Source: Escherichia coli (GTDB taxonomy: Bacteria > Pseudomonadota > Gammaproteobacteria > Enterobacterales > Enterobacteriaceae). From it: a stretch of DNA of 60,030 nucleotides. The DNA lies in assembly GCF_003334785.1 (NCBI RefSeq), contig NZ_QOWV01000021.1; one strand, 5' to 3'. Of the stretch, positions 13,201 through 23,338 are shown piece by piece. The notes below the pieces were generated by a model. The model was given only the letters and a program-made list of their open reading frames with translations. It was not told the origin of the DNA and did not search any database. A program made the position numbers and the translations under genes. The stretch's first letter is position 1; each line of letters starts with the position of its first letter.

Positions 13201-14632
13201 GCCATTTCAGCGCCCGTTTTCGCTGGCAACCCGCCTGACCTTTTTTATCAGCCTGGCCACCATCGCGGCGTTTTTCGCCTTTGCATGGATCATGATCCAC
13301 TCAGTAAAAGTGCATTTTGCCGAGCAGGATATTAATGATTTAAAAGAGATTAGCGCCACCCTTGAACGGGTACTAAATCACCCTGACGAAACGCAAGCCC
13401 GACGCTTAATGACGCTGGAAGATATCGTCAGTGGTTATTCCAATGTGTTGATTTCCCTGGCAGATAGTCAGGGTAAAACGGTGTATCACTCCCCCGGTGC
13501 GCCCGATATCCGCGAGTTTACGCGTGACGCCATACCCGATAAAGACGCGCGGGGCGGCGAGGTGTATCTCCTTTCCGGCCCGACGATTATGATGCCAGGG
13601 CACGGTCACGGGCATATGGAACACAGCAACTGGCGGATGATTAACTTACCGGTTGGCCCGCTGGTTGACGGCAAACCGATTTATACGCTCTACATCGCGC
13701 TTTCGATCGATTTTCATCTTCATTACATAAATGATTTGATGAATAAACTTATTATGACCGCATCGGTAATCAGCATCCTGATCGTCTTTATCGTGCTGTT
13801 GGCGGTACATAAAGGTCACGCGCCGATCCGCAGCGTCAGCCGTCAAATCCAGAATATTACCTCGAAAGATCTCGACGTTCGCCTTGACCCGCAGACCGTG
13901 CCCATTGAGCTGGAACAGCTGGTACTGTCGTTCAACCATATGATCGAGCGTATTGAGGATGTCTTTACCCGCCAGTCCAATTTCTCAGCGGATATCGCTC
14001 ACGAAATTCGCACACCAATTACGAATCTCATAACGCAAACCGAAATCGCCCTCAGCCAGTCGCGCAGCCAGAAGGAGCTGGAAGATGTGCTCTACTCTAA
14101 TCTCGAAGAGCTGACGCGAATGGCGAAAATGGTCAGCGATATGCTGTTTCTCGCTCAGGCCGATAACAACCAGCTAATCCCCGAAAAGAAAATGCTCAAC
14201 CTGGCGGATGAAGTCGGCAAAGTGTTCGATTTTTTCGAGGCGTTAGCGGAAGATCGCGGCGTGGAGTTGCGGTTTGTTGGCGACAAGTGTCAGGTCGCGG
14301 GCGATCCGCTGATGCTGCGTCGGGCGCTAAGCAACCTGCTTTCGAACGCCCTGCGTTATACGCCAACCGGAGAGACAATTGTAGTGCGCTGTCAGACGGT
14401 CGATCACCTGGTGCAAGTTATCGTCGAAAACCCCGGTACGCCCATTGCGCCCGAGCACTTACCGCGATTGTTTGACCGTTTCTATCGCGTTGACCCCTCC
14501 CGCCAGCGAAAAGGTGAAGGTAGCGGTATTGGCCTGGCGATAGTGAAATCGATTGTTGTCGCGCATAAAGGCACGGTTGCGGTAACGTCGGATGCGCGGG
14601 GGACAAGGTTTGTTATCACATTACCCGCTTAA
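13190..14632 (+). CDS. cusS: sensor histidine kinase for copper/silver
   Basis: ATG at 13190 overlaps the cusR stop; [19 protein letters not shown]..., two TM segments, H-box [10 protein letters not shown], ATPase motifs. Confidence 0.92.
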
Positions 14633-14781
14633 TCCTTCAGCAAACGGCAACTTTTATAACCAGTGTAAAAATAACGTGCCGCAATAGTCATACCTATTAA
14701 TGGTAAAAAGCTGTCACAATTCATAAAAAACCTTAATATACGCCACCCTAAACATAACCAGCGTTAATGTAAGGTTTTTGT

Positions 14782-17019
14782 GTGGACTGGCTTCTTGATG
14801 TTTTTGCTACCTGGCTCTACGGCTTAAAAGTAATCGCGATAACGTTAGCGGTCATCATGTTCATCAGCGGGCTGGACGATTTTTTTATTGATGTCGTCTA
14901 CTGGGTACGCCGCATTAAACGCAAGTTGAGTGTTTATCGCCGCTACCCGCGAATGAGTTACCGCGAACTGTATAAACCAGATGAAAAACCGTTAGCGATT
15001 ATGGTTCCGGCGTGGAATGAAACGGGCGTCATCGGCAATATGGCCGAGCTGGCGGCGACCACGCTCGACTACGAAAACTATCATATCTTTGTTGGCACCT
15101 ACCCCAACGCCCCCGATACTCAGCGTGATGTTGACGAAGTGTGCGCTCGCTTCCCGAATGTGCATAAGGTAGTCTGCGCGCGTCCTGGCCCCACCAGCAA
15201 AGCCGACTGTCTGAACAACGTGCTGGACGCCATCACCCAATTTGAGCGTAGCGCCAATTTCGCTTTTGCTGGTTTTATTCTGCATGACGCCGAAGATGTG
15301 ATTTCACCGATGGAATTGCGTCTGTTCAACTATCTGGTCGAGCGTAAAGATCTGATTCAGATCCCGGTGTATCCGTTCGAACGCGAATGGACGCACTTCA
15401 CCAGCATGACTTACATTGATGAGTTTTCAGAGCTGCATGGCAAAGATGTTCCGGTGCGTGAAGCCCTCGCCGGACAAGTGCCCAGCGCAGGCGTCGGCAC
15501 CTGTTTCAGCCGCCGCGCCGTGACCGCACTGTTAGCTGACGGTGACGGTATTGCTTTCGACGTGCAGAGTCTTACTGAAGATTACGACATTGGCTTCCGC
15601 CTGAAAGAAAAAGGTATGACGGAAATTTTTGTCCGTTTTCCGGTGGTGGACGAAGCCAAAGAACGCGAGCAGCGTAAATTTTTACAGCACGCGCGGACAT
15701 CAAACATGATCTGCGTGCGCGAATATTTCCCCGATACCTTTTCGACTGCGGTTCGACAAAAATCCCGCTGGATCATCGGCATTGTTTTCCAAGGCTTTAA
15801 AACCCATAAATGGACCTCCAGCCTGACGCTGAACTACTTTCTCTGGCGCGACCGCAAAGGGGCAATCAGTAACTTTGTCAGCTTCCTCGCGATGCTGGTG
15901 ATGATCCAGCTTTTGCTGTTGCTGGCGTATGAAAGTTTGTGGCCCGATGCCTGGCATTTCCTTTCTATTTTCAGCGGCAGCGCATGGTTAATGACCCTGC
16001 TGTGGCTAAACTTTGGTTTGATGGTTAACCGCATCGTGCAGCGGGTGATTTTCGTTACTGGCTACTACGGCCTGACGCAGGGGCTGCTTTCCGTCCTGCG
16101 TCTTTTCTGGGGCAACCTGATTAACTTCATGGCCAACTGGCGCGCGCTAAAACAGGTACTTCAACACGGCGATCCACGTCGCGTGGCGTGGGATAAAACA
16201 ACGCATGACTTCCCCAGCGTGACTGGCGATACCCGCTCGTTGCGCCCGTTAGGTCAAATTCTGCTGGAAAATCAGGTCATCACTGAAGAACAACTCGATA
16301 CAGCACTGCGTAATCGCGTCGAAGGTCTACGCCTGGGCGGTTCAATGCTGATGCAGGGGCTGATTAGCGCCGAGCAGCTGGCACAGGCGCTGGCAGAGCA
16401 AAACGGCGTGGCGTGGGAATCCATCGATGCCTGGCAGATCCCTTCCTCGCTGATTGCCGAAATGCCGGCCTCCGTGGCGCTGCATTATGCGGTACTGCCG
16501 CTGCGTCTGGAAAATGACGAGTTAATTGTCGGCAGTGAAGATGGTATTGACCCGGTTTCGCTGGCGGCCCTGACGCGTAAAGTCGGACGCAAAGTGCGTT
16601 ACGTCATTGTTCTGCGGGGACAAATTGTCACAGGGTTACGTCACTGGTATGCACGCCGACGCGGTCACGATCCGCGGGCAATGTTGTACAATGCGGTTCA
16701 GCATCAGTGGCTCACGGAACAGCAGGCCGGTGAAATCTGGCGGCAATATGTGCCGCATCAGTTCCTGTTCGCCGAAATACTGACCACGCTCGGTCATATT
16801 AATCGTTCAGCAATTAACGTGTTGTTATTGCGCCATGAACGCAGTTCTCTGCCGCTCGGCAAGTTTTTGGTCACCGAAGGCGTTATCAGCCAGGAAACGT
16901 TGGATCGCGTCCTGACAATTCAACGCGAATTACAAGTTTCGATGCAATCACTATTACTCAAAGCAGGTTTAAACACAGAACAGGTTGCGCAACTGGAGTC
17001 CGAAAATGAAGGAGAATAA
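14782..17019 (+). CDS. nfrB: inner-membrane family-2 glycosyltransferase with C-terminal MshEN-like repeats (phage N4 adsorption protein B)
   Basis: 745 aa, GTG start; N-terminal TM, glycosyltransferase core (DAEDV motif), two C-terminal GSPII-E-N/MshEN-like segments. Confidence 0.9.
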   Translation: MDWLLDVFATWLYGLKVIAITLAVIMFISGLDDFFIDVVYWVRRIKRKLSVYRRYPRMSYRELYKPDEKPLAIMVPAWNETGVIGNMAELAATTLDYENYHIFVGTYPNAPDTQRDVDEVCARFPNVHKVVCARPGPTSKADCLNNVLDAITQFERSANFAFAGFILHDAEDVISPMELRLFNYLVERKDLIQIPVYPFEREWTHFTSMTYIDEFSELHGKDVPVREALAGQVPSAGVGTCFSRRAVTALLADGDGIAFDVQSLTEDYDIGFRLKEKGMTEIFVRFPVVDEAKEREQRKFLQHARTSNMICVREYFPDTFSTAVRQKSRWIIGIVFQGFKTHKWTSSLTLNYFLWRDRKGAISNFVSFLAMLVMIQLLLLLAYESLWPDAWHFLSIFSGSAWLMTLLWLNFGLMVNRIVQRVIFVTGYYGLTQGLLSVLRLFWGNLINFMANWRALKQVLQHGDPRRVAWDKTTHDFPSVTGDTRSLRPLGQILLENQVITEEQLDTALRNRVEGLRLGGSMLMQGLISAEQLAQALAEQNGVAWESIDAWQIPSSLIAEMPASVALHYAVLPLRLENDELIVGSEDGIDPVSLAALTRKVGRKVRYVIVLRGQIVTGLRHWYARRRGHDPRAMLYNAVQHQWLTEQQAGEIWRQYVPHQFLFAEILTTLGHINRSAINVLLLRHERSSLPLGKFLVTEGVISQETLDRVLTIQRELQVSMQSLLLKAGLNTEQVAQLESENEGE

Positions 17020-19978
17020 CCTTAATCGCGTCATCGGATGGTCTGGTTTACTGCTGACGTCTTTATTGAGTACCAGCGCACTCGCAGACAATATCGGCAC
17101 CAGCGCAGAAGAGCTGGGGCTGAGCGATTATCGCCATTTTGTTATTTATCCCCGTCTCGATAAAGCGCTGAAGGCACAGAAAAATAACGACGAAGCAACC
17201 GCCATCCGCGAATTTGAATATATACACCAGCAGGTGCCGGATAATATTCCGCTGACTTTATACCTTGCGGAAGCCTATCGCCATTTTGGTCATGATGACC
17301 GGGCGCGGCTGTTGCTTGAGGATCAACTGAAACGTCACCCAGGAGATGCCCGACTTGAGCGCAGTCTGGCGGCTATTCCGGTTGAAGTGAAAAGCGTTAC
17401 GACAGTTGAAGAACTGCTTGCCCAGCAAAAAGCGTGCGATGCTGCGCCGACCCTGCGTTGTCGCAGTGAAGTCGGGCAGAATGCCCTGCGGCTGGCACAG
17501 TTACCTGTCGCCAGAGCGCAACTGAACGATGCGACGTTTGCTGCATCGCCGGAAGGAAAAACGCTGCGAACCGATCTGCTGCAACGGGCAATCTACCTGA
17601 AACAATGGTCCCAGGCAGATACGCTATACAATGAAGCACGCCAGCAGAACACATTAAGCGCGGCAGAACGCCGTCAGTGGTTTGACGTGCTTCTTGCCGG
17701 GCAGCTGGACGATCGGATCCTGGCACTGCAATCACAGGGGATCTTCACCGATCCTCAGTCATATATTACTTACGCGACCGCGCTGGCTTATCGTGGCGAA
17801 AAAGCACGCCTCCAGCATTATCTCATTGAAAATAAGCCACTATTTACCACGGACGCACAAGAGAAAAGTTGGCTCTATCTGTTATCTAAATACAGCGCTA
17901 ACCCCGTTCAGGCGTTGGCGAATTATACGGTACAGTTTGCCGACAACCGCCAGTATGTTGTTGGCGCGACGCTACCGGTGCTGTTAAAAGAAGGTCAGTA
18001 CGACGCAGCGCAAAAACTGCTCGCCACCCTCCCCGCCAATGAAATGCTTGAGGAGCGTTATGCTGTCAGCGTGGCGACCCGTAACAAGGCTGAAGCTCTG
18101 CGTCTGGCACGATTGCTGTATCAGCAAGAACCGGCAAATCTTACCCGCCTGGATCAACTAACCTGGCAACTGATGCAGAACGAGCAGTCACGCGAAGCTG
18201 CCGATTTATTGCTGCAACGCTATCCTTTCCAGGGCGATGCGCGTGTCAGCCAGACTTTAATGGCGCGACTGGCGTCTCTGCTGGAAAGTCATCCTTACCT
18301 GGCAACGCCGGCGAAGGTGGCGATTTTATCGAAACCCTTACCGCTGGCGGAGCAACGTCAGTGGCAAAGTCAGTTGCCGGGTATTGCAGATAATTGCCCG
18401 GCAATAGTTCGCTTGCTGGGCGATATGTCGCCTTCCTACGATGCCGCCGCCTGGAACCGTCTGGCAAAGTGTTATCGGGACACGCTAACCGGTGTGGCGT
18501 TGTATGCATGGCTTCAGGCCGAACAACGACAACCGAGCGCCTGGCAACATCGTGCGGTAGCCTATCAGGCGTATCAGGTTGAGGACTACGCCACCGCACT
18601 GGCGGCCTGGCAGAAAATCAGTCTTCACGACATGAGCAATGAGGATCTGCTTGCTGCTGCCAATACCGCCCAGGCGGCAGGAAATGGTGCGGCTCGCGAT
18701 CGCTGGCTACAACAGGCAGAAAAACGTGGACTGGGAAGCAATGCCCTCTACTGGTGGCTGCATGCGCAACGTTACATTCCTGGTCAGCCGGAACTCGCAC
18801 TGAACGATCTCACGCGCTCAATCAATATTGCGCCTTCTGCCAACGCTTACGTTGCGCGGGCGACAATTTATCGCCAACGTCATAATGTCCCGGCCGCGGT
18901 GAGTGATTTGCGCGCCGCGCTGGAACTGGAACCGAATAATAGCAACACCCAGGCAGCGCTTGGTTACGCCTTGTGGGATAGCGGTGATATCGCACAGTCG
19001 CGGGAAATGCTCGAACCGGCGCATAAAGGGCTTCCGGACGATCCGGCACTGATCCGACAACTGGCCTACGTGAACCAGCGTCTGGATGACATGCCTGCGA
19101 CGCAGCACTACGCCCGGCTGGTGATTGATGACATTGATAATCAGGCGCTGATAACCCCACTGACCCCAGAACAAAATCAACAACGCTTCAATTTCCGCCG
19201 TTTGCATGAGGAGGTCGGTCGCCGCTGGACGTTCAGTTTCGATTCTTCCATCGGCTTGCGTTCCGGCGCAATGAGTACCGCTAACAATAATGTCGGCGGC
19301 GCAGCGCCAGGGAAAAGCTATCGTAGCTACGGACAACTGGAAGCCGAGTACCGCATCGGACGCAATATGCTGCTGGAAGGCGACCTGCTCTCAGTTTATA
19401 GCCGCGTCTTTGCCGATACCGGAGAAAACGGGGTGATGATGCCGGTGAAAAATCCGATGTCCGGCACCGGTCTGCGCTGGAAGCCGCTGCGCGATCAGAT
19501 CTTTTTCATCGCCGTCGAACAGCAGTTGCCGCTGAACGGCCAAAATGGCGCATCCGATACCATGCTGCGCGCCAGCGCCTCATTCTTTAATGGCGGCAAA
19601 TACAGCGACGAATGGCACCCGAACGGTTCAGGCTGGTTTGCCCAAAACCTGTACCTCGATGCGGCGCAATATATCCGCCAGGATATTCAGGCGTGGACGG
19701 CAGATTATCGCGTCAGCTGGCATCAGAAGGTAGCTAACGGACAGACTATTGAGCCTTACGCTCACGTTCAGGACAACGGCTATCGTGATAAAGGCACTCA
19801 GGGCGCGCAGCTTGGCGGAGTCGGGGTCCGCTGGAATATCTGGACCGGCGAGACGCACTACGACGCCTGGCCGCACAAAGTCAGTCTCGGCGTCGAGTAT
19901 CAACATACCTTTAAGGCGATTAATCAACGTAACGGAGAGCGCAACAACGCGTTTCTCACCATTGGAGTGCACTGGTAA
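17006..19978 (+). CDS. nfrA: outer-membrane protein with TPR repeats (phage N4 adsorption protein A)
   Basis: ATG at 17006 (MKENNLNRVIGWSGLLLTSLLSTSALA, signal peptide), 990 aa; overlaps nfrB stop; C-terminus ends in aromatic residue typical of OM beta-barrels. Confidence 0.9.
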   Translation: MKENNLNRVIGWSGLLLTSLLSTSALADNIGTSAEELGLSDYRHFVIYPRLDKALKAQKNNDEATAIREFEYIHQQVPDNIPLTLYLAEAYRHFGHDDRARLLLEDQLKRHPGDARLERSLAAIPVEVKSVTTVEELLAQQKACDAAPTLRCRSEVGQNALRLAQLPVARAQLNDATFAASPEGKTLRTDLLQRAIYLKQWSQADTLYNEARQQNTLSAAERRQWFDVLLAGQLDDRILALQSQGIFTDPQSYITYATALAYRGEKARLQHYLIENKPLFTTDAQEKSWLYLLSKYSANPVQALANYTVQFADNRQYVVGATLPVLLKEGQYDAAQKLLATLPANEMLEERYAVSVATRNKAEALRLARLLYQQEPANLTRLDQLTWQLMQNEQSREAADLLLQRYPFQGDARVSQTLMARLASLLESHPYLATPAKVAILSKPLPLAEQRQWQSQLPGIADNCPAIVRLLGDMSPSYDAAAWNRLAKCYRDTLTGVALYAWLQAEQRQPSAWQHRAVAYQAYQVEDYATALAAWQKISLHDMSNEDLLAAANTAQAAGNGAARDRWLQQAEKRGLGSNALYWWLHAQRYIPGQPELALNDLTRSINIAPSANAYVARATIYRQRHNVPAAVSDLRAALELEPNNSNTQAALGYALWDSGDIAQSREMLEPAHKGLPDDPALIRQLAYVNQRLDDMPATQHYARLVIDDIDNQALITPLTPEQNQQRFNFRRLHEEVGRRWTFSFDSSIGLRSGAMSTANNNVGGAAPGKSYRSYGQLEAEYRIGRNMLLEGDLLSVYSRVFADTGENGVMMPVKNPMSGTGLRWKPLRDQIFFIAVEQQLPLNGQNGASDTMLRASASFFNGGKYSDEWHPNGSGWFAQNLYLDAAQYIRQDIQAWTADYRVSWHQKVANGQTIEPYAHVQDNGYRDKGTQGAQLGGVGVRWNIWTGETHYDAWPHKVSLGVEYQHTFKAINQRNGERNNAFLTIGVHW

Positions 19979-20869
19979 ATGCGTAAGTTCATTTTCGTAT
20001 TGCTGACACTGCTTTTGGTCAGCCCTTTTTCCTTTGCGATGAAAGGTATTATCTGGCAACCACAAAACCGAGATAGTCAGGTTACCGATACCCAGTGGCA
20101 GGGGCTGATGAGTCAGTTACGTTTGCAAGGCTTCGATACCCTTGTTTTGCAATGGACCCGTTACGGCGATGCATTTACCCAGCCAGAACAGCGCACGTTA
20201 TTGTTTAAGCGGGCCGCAGCTGCGCAACAGGCTGGTCTGAAGCTTATTGTCGGGCTGAACGCCGATCCGGAATTTTTTATGCACCAGAAACAGTCGTCCG
20301 CAGCGCTGGAAAGCTATCTTAATCGCCTGCTGGCTGCCGATCTCCAGCAAGCCAGATTATGGAGCGCCGCGCCTGGCATAACGCCGGATGGCTGGTACAT
20401 CAGCGCGGAAATTGACGACCTGAACTGGCGCAGCGAAGCCGCCCGTCAGCCTTTGCTAACATGGTTAAACAACGCGCAGCGGCTGATTAGCGATGTTTCA
20501 GCAAAACCGGTTTATATCAGTAGTTTTTTCGCCGGAAACATGTCGCCCGATGGCTATCGCCAACTGCTGGAACACGTTAAAGCAACCGGCGTTAATGTCT
20601 GGGTACAGGATGGCAGCGGCGTGGATAAACTGACCGCTGAACAGCGTGAACGTTATTTACAGGCCAGCGCCGATTGCCAAAGTCCCGCCCCTGCCAGCGG
20701 CGTTGTTTATGAACTTTTTGTCGCCGGCAAAGGCAAAACCTTTACAGCGAAACCGAAACCGGACGCAGAAATTGCCTCGCTGTTAGCGAAACGTTCCTCT
20801 TGCGGTAAAGACACTCTCTATTTCTCTCTGCGCTATTTGCCCGTCGCGCACGGCATTCTCGAGTATTAA
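19979..20869 (+). CDS. ybcH: periplasmic protein YbcH (third gene of nfrB-nfrA-ybcH unit)
   Basis: 296 aa with signal peptide (MRKFIFVLLTLLLVSPFSFA); ATG immediately follows the nfrA stop (TAAATG). Confidence 0.85.
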   Translation: MRKFIFVLLTLLLVSPFSFAMKGIIWQPQNRDSQVTDTQWQGLMSQLRLQGFDTLVLQWTRYGDAFTQPEQRTLLFKRAAAAQQAGLKLIVGLNADPEFFMHQKQSSAALESYLNRLLAADLQQARLWSAAPGITPDGWYISAEIDDLNWRSEAARQPLLTWLNNAQRLISDVSAKPVYISSFFAGNMSPDGYRQLLEHVKATGVNVWVQDGSGVDKLTAEQRERYLQASADCQSPAPASGVVYELFVAGKGKTFTAKPKPDAEIASLLAKRSSCGKDTLYFSLRYLPVAHGILEY

Positions 20870-21051
20870 ATCTCCTCCAGGTAAGTCGGGTACGACCTGG
20901 CTTACCTCTTTCGCTCTCATCAGAATTCCATCAAGATTAATTGCTAAAAAGCGTGCTAAAGAAAGAAGATCGTTATCGGCGAACGGGCCGATCACTCATG
21001 CAGGAAGCATAGATCCTTTGAGCGGAGTTTCTGATATCTGAGGAGTGCGAA

Positions 21052-21813
21052 ATGCAATTGAGCAGCAGTGAACCTTGCGTGGTGATCCTGACCGAAAAAG
21101 AGGTAGAGGTAAGCGTCAATAACCATGCTACGTTTACCCTTCCGAAAAACTACCTGGCCGCCTTCGCGTGCAACAATAACGTCATTGAACTCTCAACGTT
21201 AAATCACGTATTAATCACCCACATCAACCGTAACATCATCAACGATTATCTGTTGTTTTTAAATAAGAACTTAACCTGTGTAAAGCCCTGGTCGCGGCTG
21301 GCAACCCCGGTTATCGCTTGTCATAGCCGTACACCGGAAGTGTTCCGGCTAGCCGCCAACCACAGCAAGCAGCAACCCAGCAGACCCTGCGAAGCGGAGT
21401 TGACGCGCGCATTGCTTTTTACCGTATTGTCTAACTTTCTTGAGCAATCGCGGTTTATTGCCCTACTGATGTATATCTTACGCAGCAGCGTCCGCGACAG
21501 CGTCTGCCGCATTATTCAAAGCGATATTCAGCATTACTGGAATCTGCGAATTGTCGCCAGTTCGCTATGTTTAAGCCCCAGCCTGCTCAAAAAGAAATTA
21601 AAAAACGAAAATACCAGCTATAGCCAGATTGTCACAGAGTGTCGTATGCGTTACGCCGTACAGATGTTATTGATGGATAACAAAAATATCACTCAGGTGG
21701 CGCAATTATGTGGCTATAGCAGCACGTCGTACTTTATCTCTGTTTTTAAGGCGTTTTACGGCCTGACACCGTTGAATTATCTCGCCAAACAGCGACAAAA
21801 AGTGATGTGGTGA
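21052..21813 (+). CDS. envY: AraC-family transcriptional regulator
   Basis: 253 aa, C-terminal AraC HTH (YSSTSYFISVFKAFYGLTPLNY); visibly AT-rich gene. Confidence 0.85.
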   Translation: MQLSSSEPCVVILTEKEVEVSVNNHATFTLPKNYLAAFACNNNVIELSTLNHVLITHINRNIINDYLLFLNKNLTCVKPWSRLATPVIACHSRTPEVFRLAANHSKQQPSRPCEAELTRALLFTVLSNFLEQSRFIALLMYILRSSVRDSVCRIIQSDIQHYWNLRIVASSLCLSPSLLKKKLKNENTSYSQIVTECRMRYAVQMLLMDNKNITQVAQLCGYSSTSYFISVFKAFYGLTPLNYLAKQRQKVMW

Positions 21814-21858
21814 AGGGCAAAGCGGAAACGGATAAGACGGGCATAAATGAGGAAGAAA

Positions 21859-21935
21859 TGGCGCGCCCTGCAGGATTCGAACCTGCGGCCCACGACTTAG
21901 AAGGTCGTTGCTCTATCCAACTGAGCTAAGGGCGC
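21859..21935 (-). tRNA. argU: tRNA-Arg (anticodon UCU, reads AGA)
   Basis: Reverse complement gives GCGCCCTTAGCTCAGTTGGATAGAGCAACGACCTTCTAAGTCGTGGGCCGCAGGTTCGAATCCTGCAGGGCGCGCCA: cloverleaf-compatible, anticodon loop CTTCTAA, T-arm GGTTCGAATCC, encoded CCA. Confidence 0.95.
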
Positions 21936-22177
21936 GTTGATACCGCAATGCGGTGTAATCGCGTGAATTATACGGTCAACCCTTGCTGAGTCAATGGCTT
22001 TTGATCTGGTTGCTGAACAAGTGAACGACCGCGTCTGATTTTCTGATTTATTTCGCTATAGCGGCAAACAAACGCACACCGCTGCGCGTCTGAATCAAGA
22101 AAACCCGTATTTTCATGTATCAAAGTACAATTTCCCGACCTAACGGAAAATTGTCCGCTCCTATGAGACTGGTAACT

Positions 22178-22810
22178 ATGAAACCAACGTCGGTGATCAT
22201 TATGGATACTCATCCTATCATCAGAATGTCTATTGAAGTTCTGTTGCAAAAAAACAGTGAATTGCAGATTGTCCTGAAAACGGATGATTATCGCATAACC
22301 ATCGATTATCTCCGAACCCGTCCTGTTGATTTAATCATTATGGATATAGACTTGCCCGGAACAGACGGTTTTACCTTCCTGAAAAGGATCAAACAAATCC
22401 AGAGCACAGTGAAAGTGTTATTTTTATCATCGAAATCAGAATGCTTTTATGCTGGCAGAGCGATACAAGCTGGTGCTAACGGTTTTGTCAGTAAATGCAA
22501 TGATCAGAATGATATTTTTCATGCCGTTCAGATGATCCTCTCCGGATACACGTTTTTTCCCAGCGAAACGCTTAACTATATAAAAAGCAATAAATGTAGT
22601 ACGAATAGTTCAACGGTCACTGTGCTATCTAATCGTGAAGTGACCATATTACGTTATCTGGTTAGCGGATTATCTAATAAAGAAATTGCCGATAAGTTAT
22701 TACTTAGCAATAAAACAGTTAGTGCGCATAAATCTAATATTTATGGCAAGCTAGGTTTGCATTCAATTGTAGAGCTTATCGACTACGCCAAATTATACGA
22801 ATTAATATAA
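22178..22810 (+). CDS. fimZ: LuxR/FixJ-family response regulator of fimbrial expression
   Basis: Track ORF 22115..22810 trimmed to ATG 22178 (MKPTSVIIMDTHPIIRMSIEVLLQ..., 210 aa); receiver domain plus C-terminal LuxR HTH; contains AGA/AGG/ATA rare codons. Confidence 0.88.
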   Translation: MKPTSVIIMDTHPIIRMSIEVLLQKNSELQIVLKTDDYRITIDYLRTRPVDLIIMDIDLPGTDGFTFLKRIKQIQSTVKVLFLSSKSECFYAGRAIQAGANGFVSKCNDQNDIFHAVQMILSGYTFFPSETLNYIKSNKCSTNSSTVTVLSNREVTILRYLVSGLSNKEIADKLLLSNKTVSAHKSNIYGKLGLHSIVELIDYAKLYELI

Positions 22811-22812
22811 TA

Positions 22813-23328
22813 TTAATTATAATTGATCATAAATATCGCATCCGCTTTCGCCACACCTGGCCGAACACCGCTGGCTAACGCTCGATAATTGGCAAAAAAG
22901 TTTAGTGTGACATTGCCATTTGCATCTACTTCCTCAGTCGGGCTCGCCTCCCCCAGTGCGAGCCGGGAGCGATCGCTATTACGTAATTCGATGGCGACGG
23001 TTTGTGCCATTGCGGGATCATCCAGAGCCAGCAGGTTGGTATCGGATGCCGGCGTTCCCGTAAATAAAATCGCAACTGAACCCGGAGGACATCCCTCCAG
23101 CCGCAGGCTAAAAGGGACGAGTGCCGTGGTATCGCCAGCGTTCAGTAGTTGTGTCGTAGGCCATCTGCCTAAATCTACCGTCTTATCAATATCCGCTGTG
23201 TTTACGGTACAGGAGAAATCAACAACGTTACCGTGCAAATTGATATTAATCGTTCCTAAAGGGTCAACTGCCCATCCACTGGAACTCCACAGTAGCCCGC
23301 AGAAACAGCTAAAGAGTACTCTTCTCAT
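22813..23328 (-). CDS. sfmF: minor fimbrial subunit (FimF-like)
   Basis: Track ORF 22813..23523 overlaps sfmH; trimmed to ATG 23328 (MRRVLFSCFCGLLWSSSGWA signal peptide, 171 aa); pilin-type C-terminus. Confidence 0.85.
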   Translation of the reverse strand: MRRVLFSCFCGLLWSSSGWAVDPLGTININLHGNVVDFSCTVNTADIDKTVDLGRWPTTQLLNAGDTTALVPFSLRLEGCPPGSVAILFTGTPASDTNLLALDDPAMAQTVAIELRNSDRSRLALGEASPTEEVDANGNVTLNFFANYRALASGVRPGVAKADAIFMINYN

Positions 23329-23338
23329 TCTCCGTACC

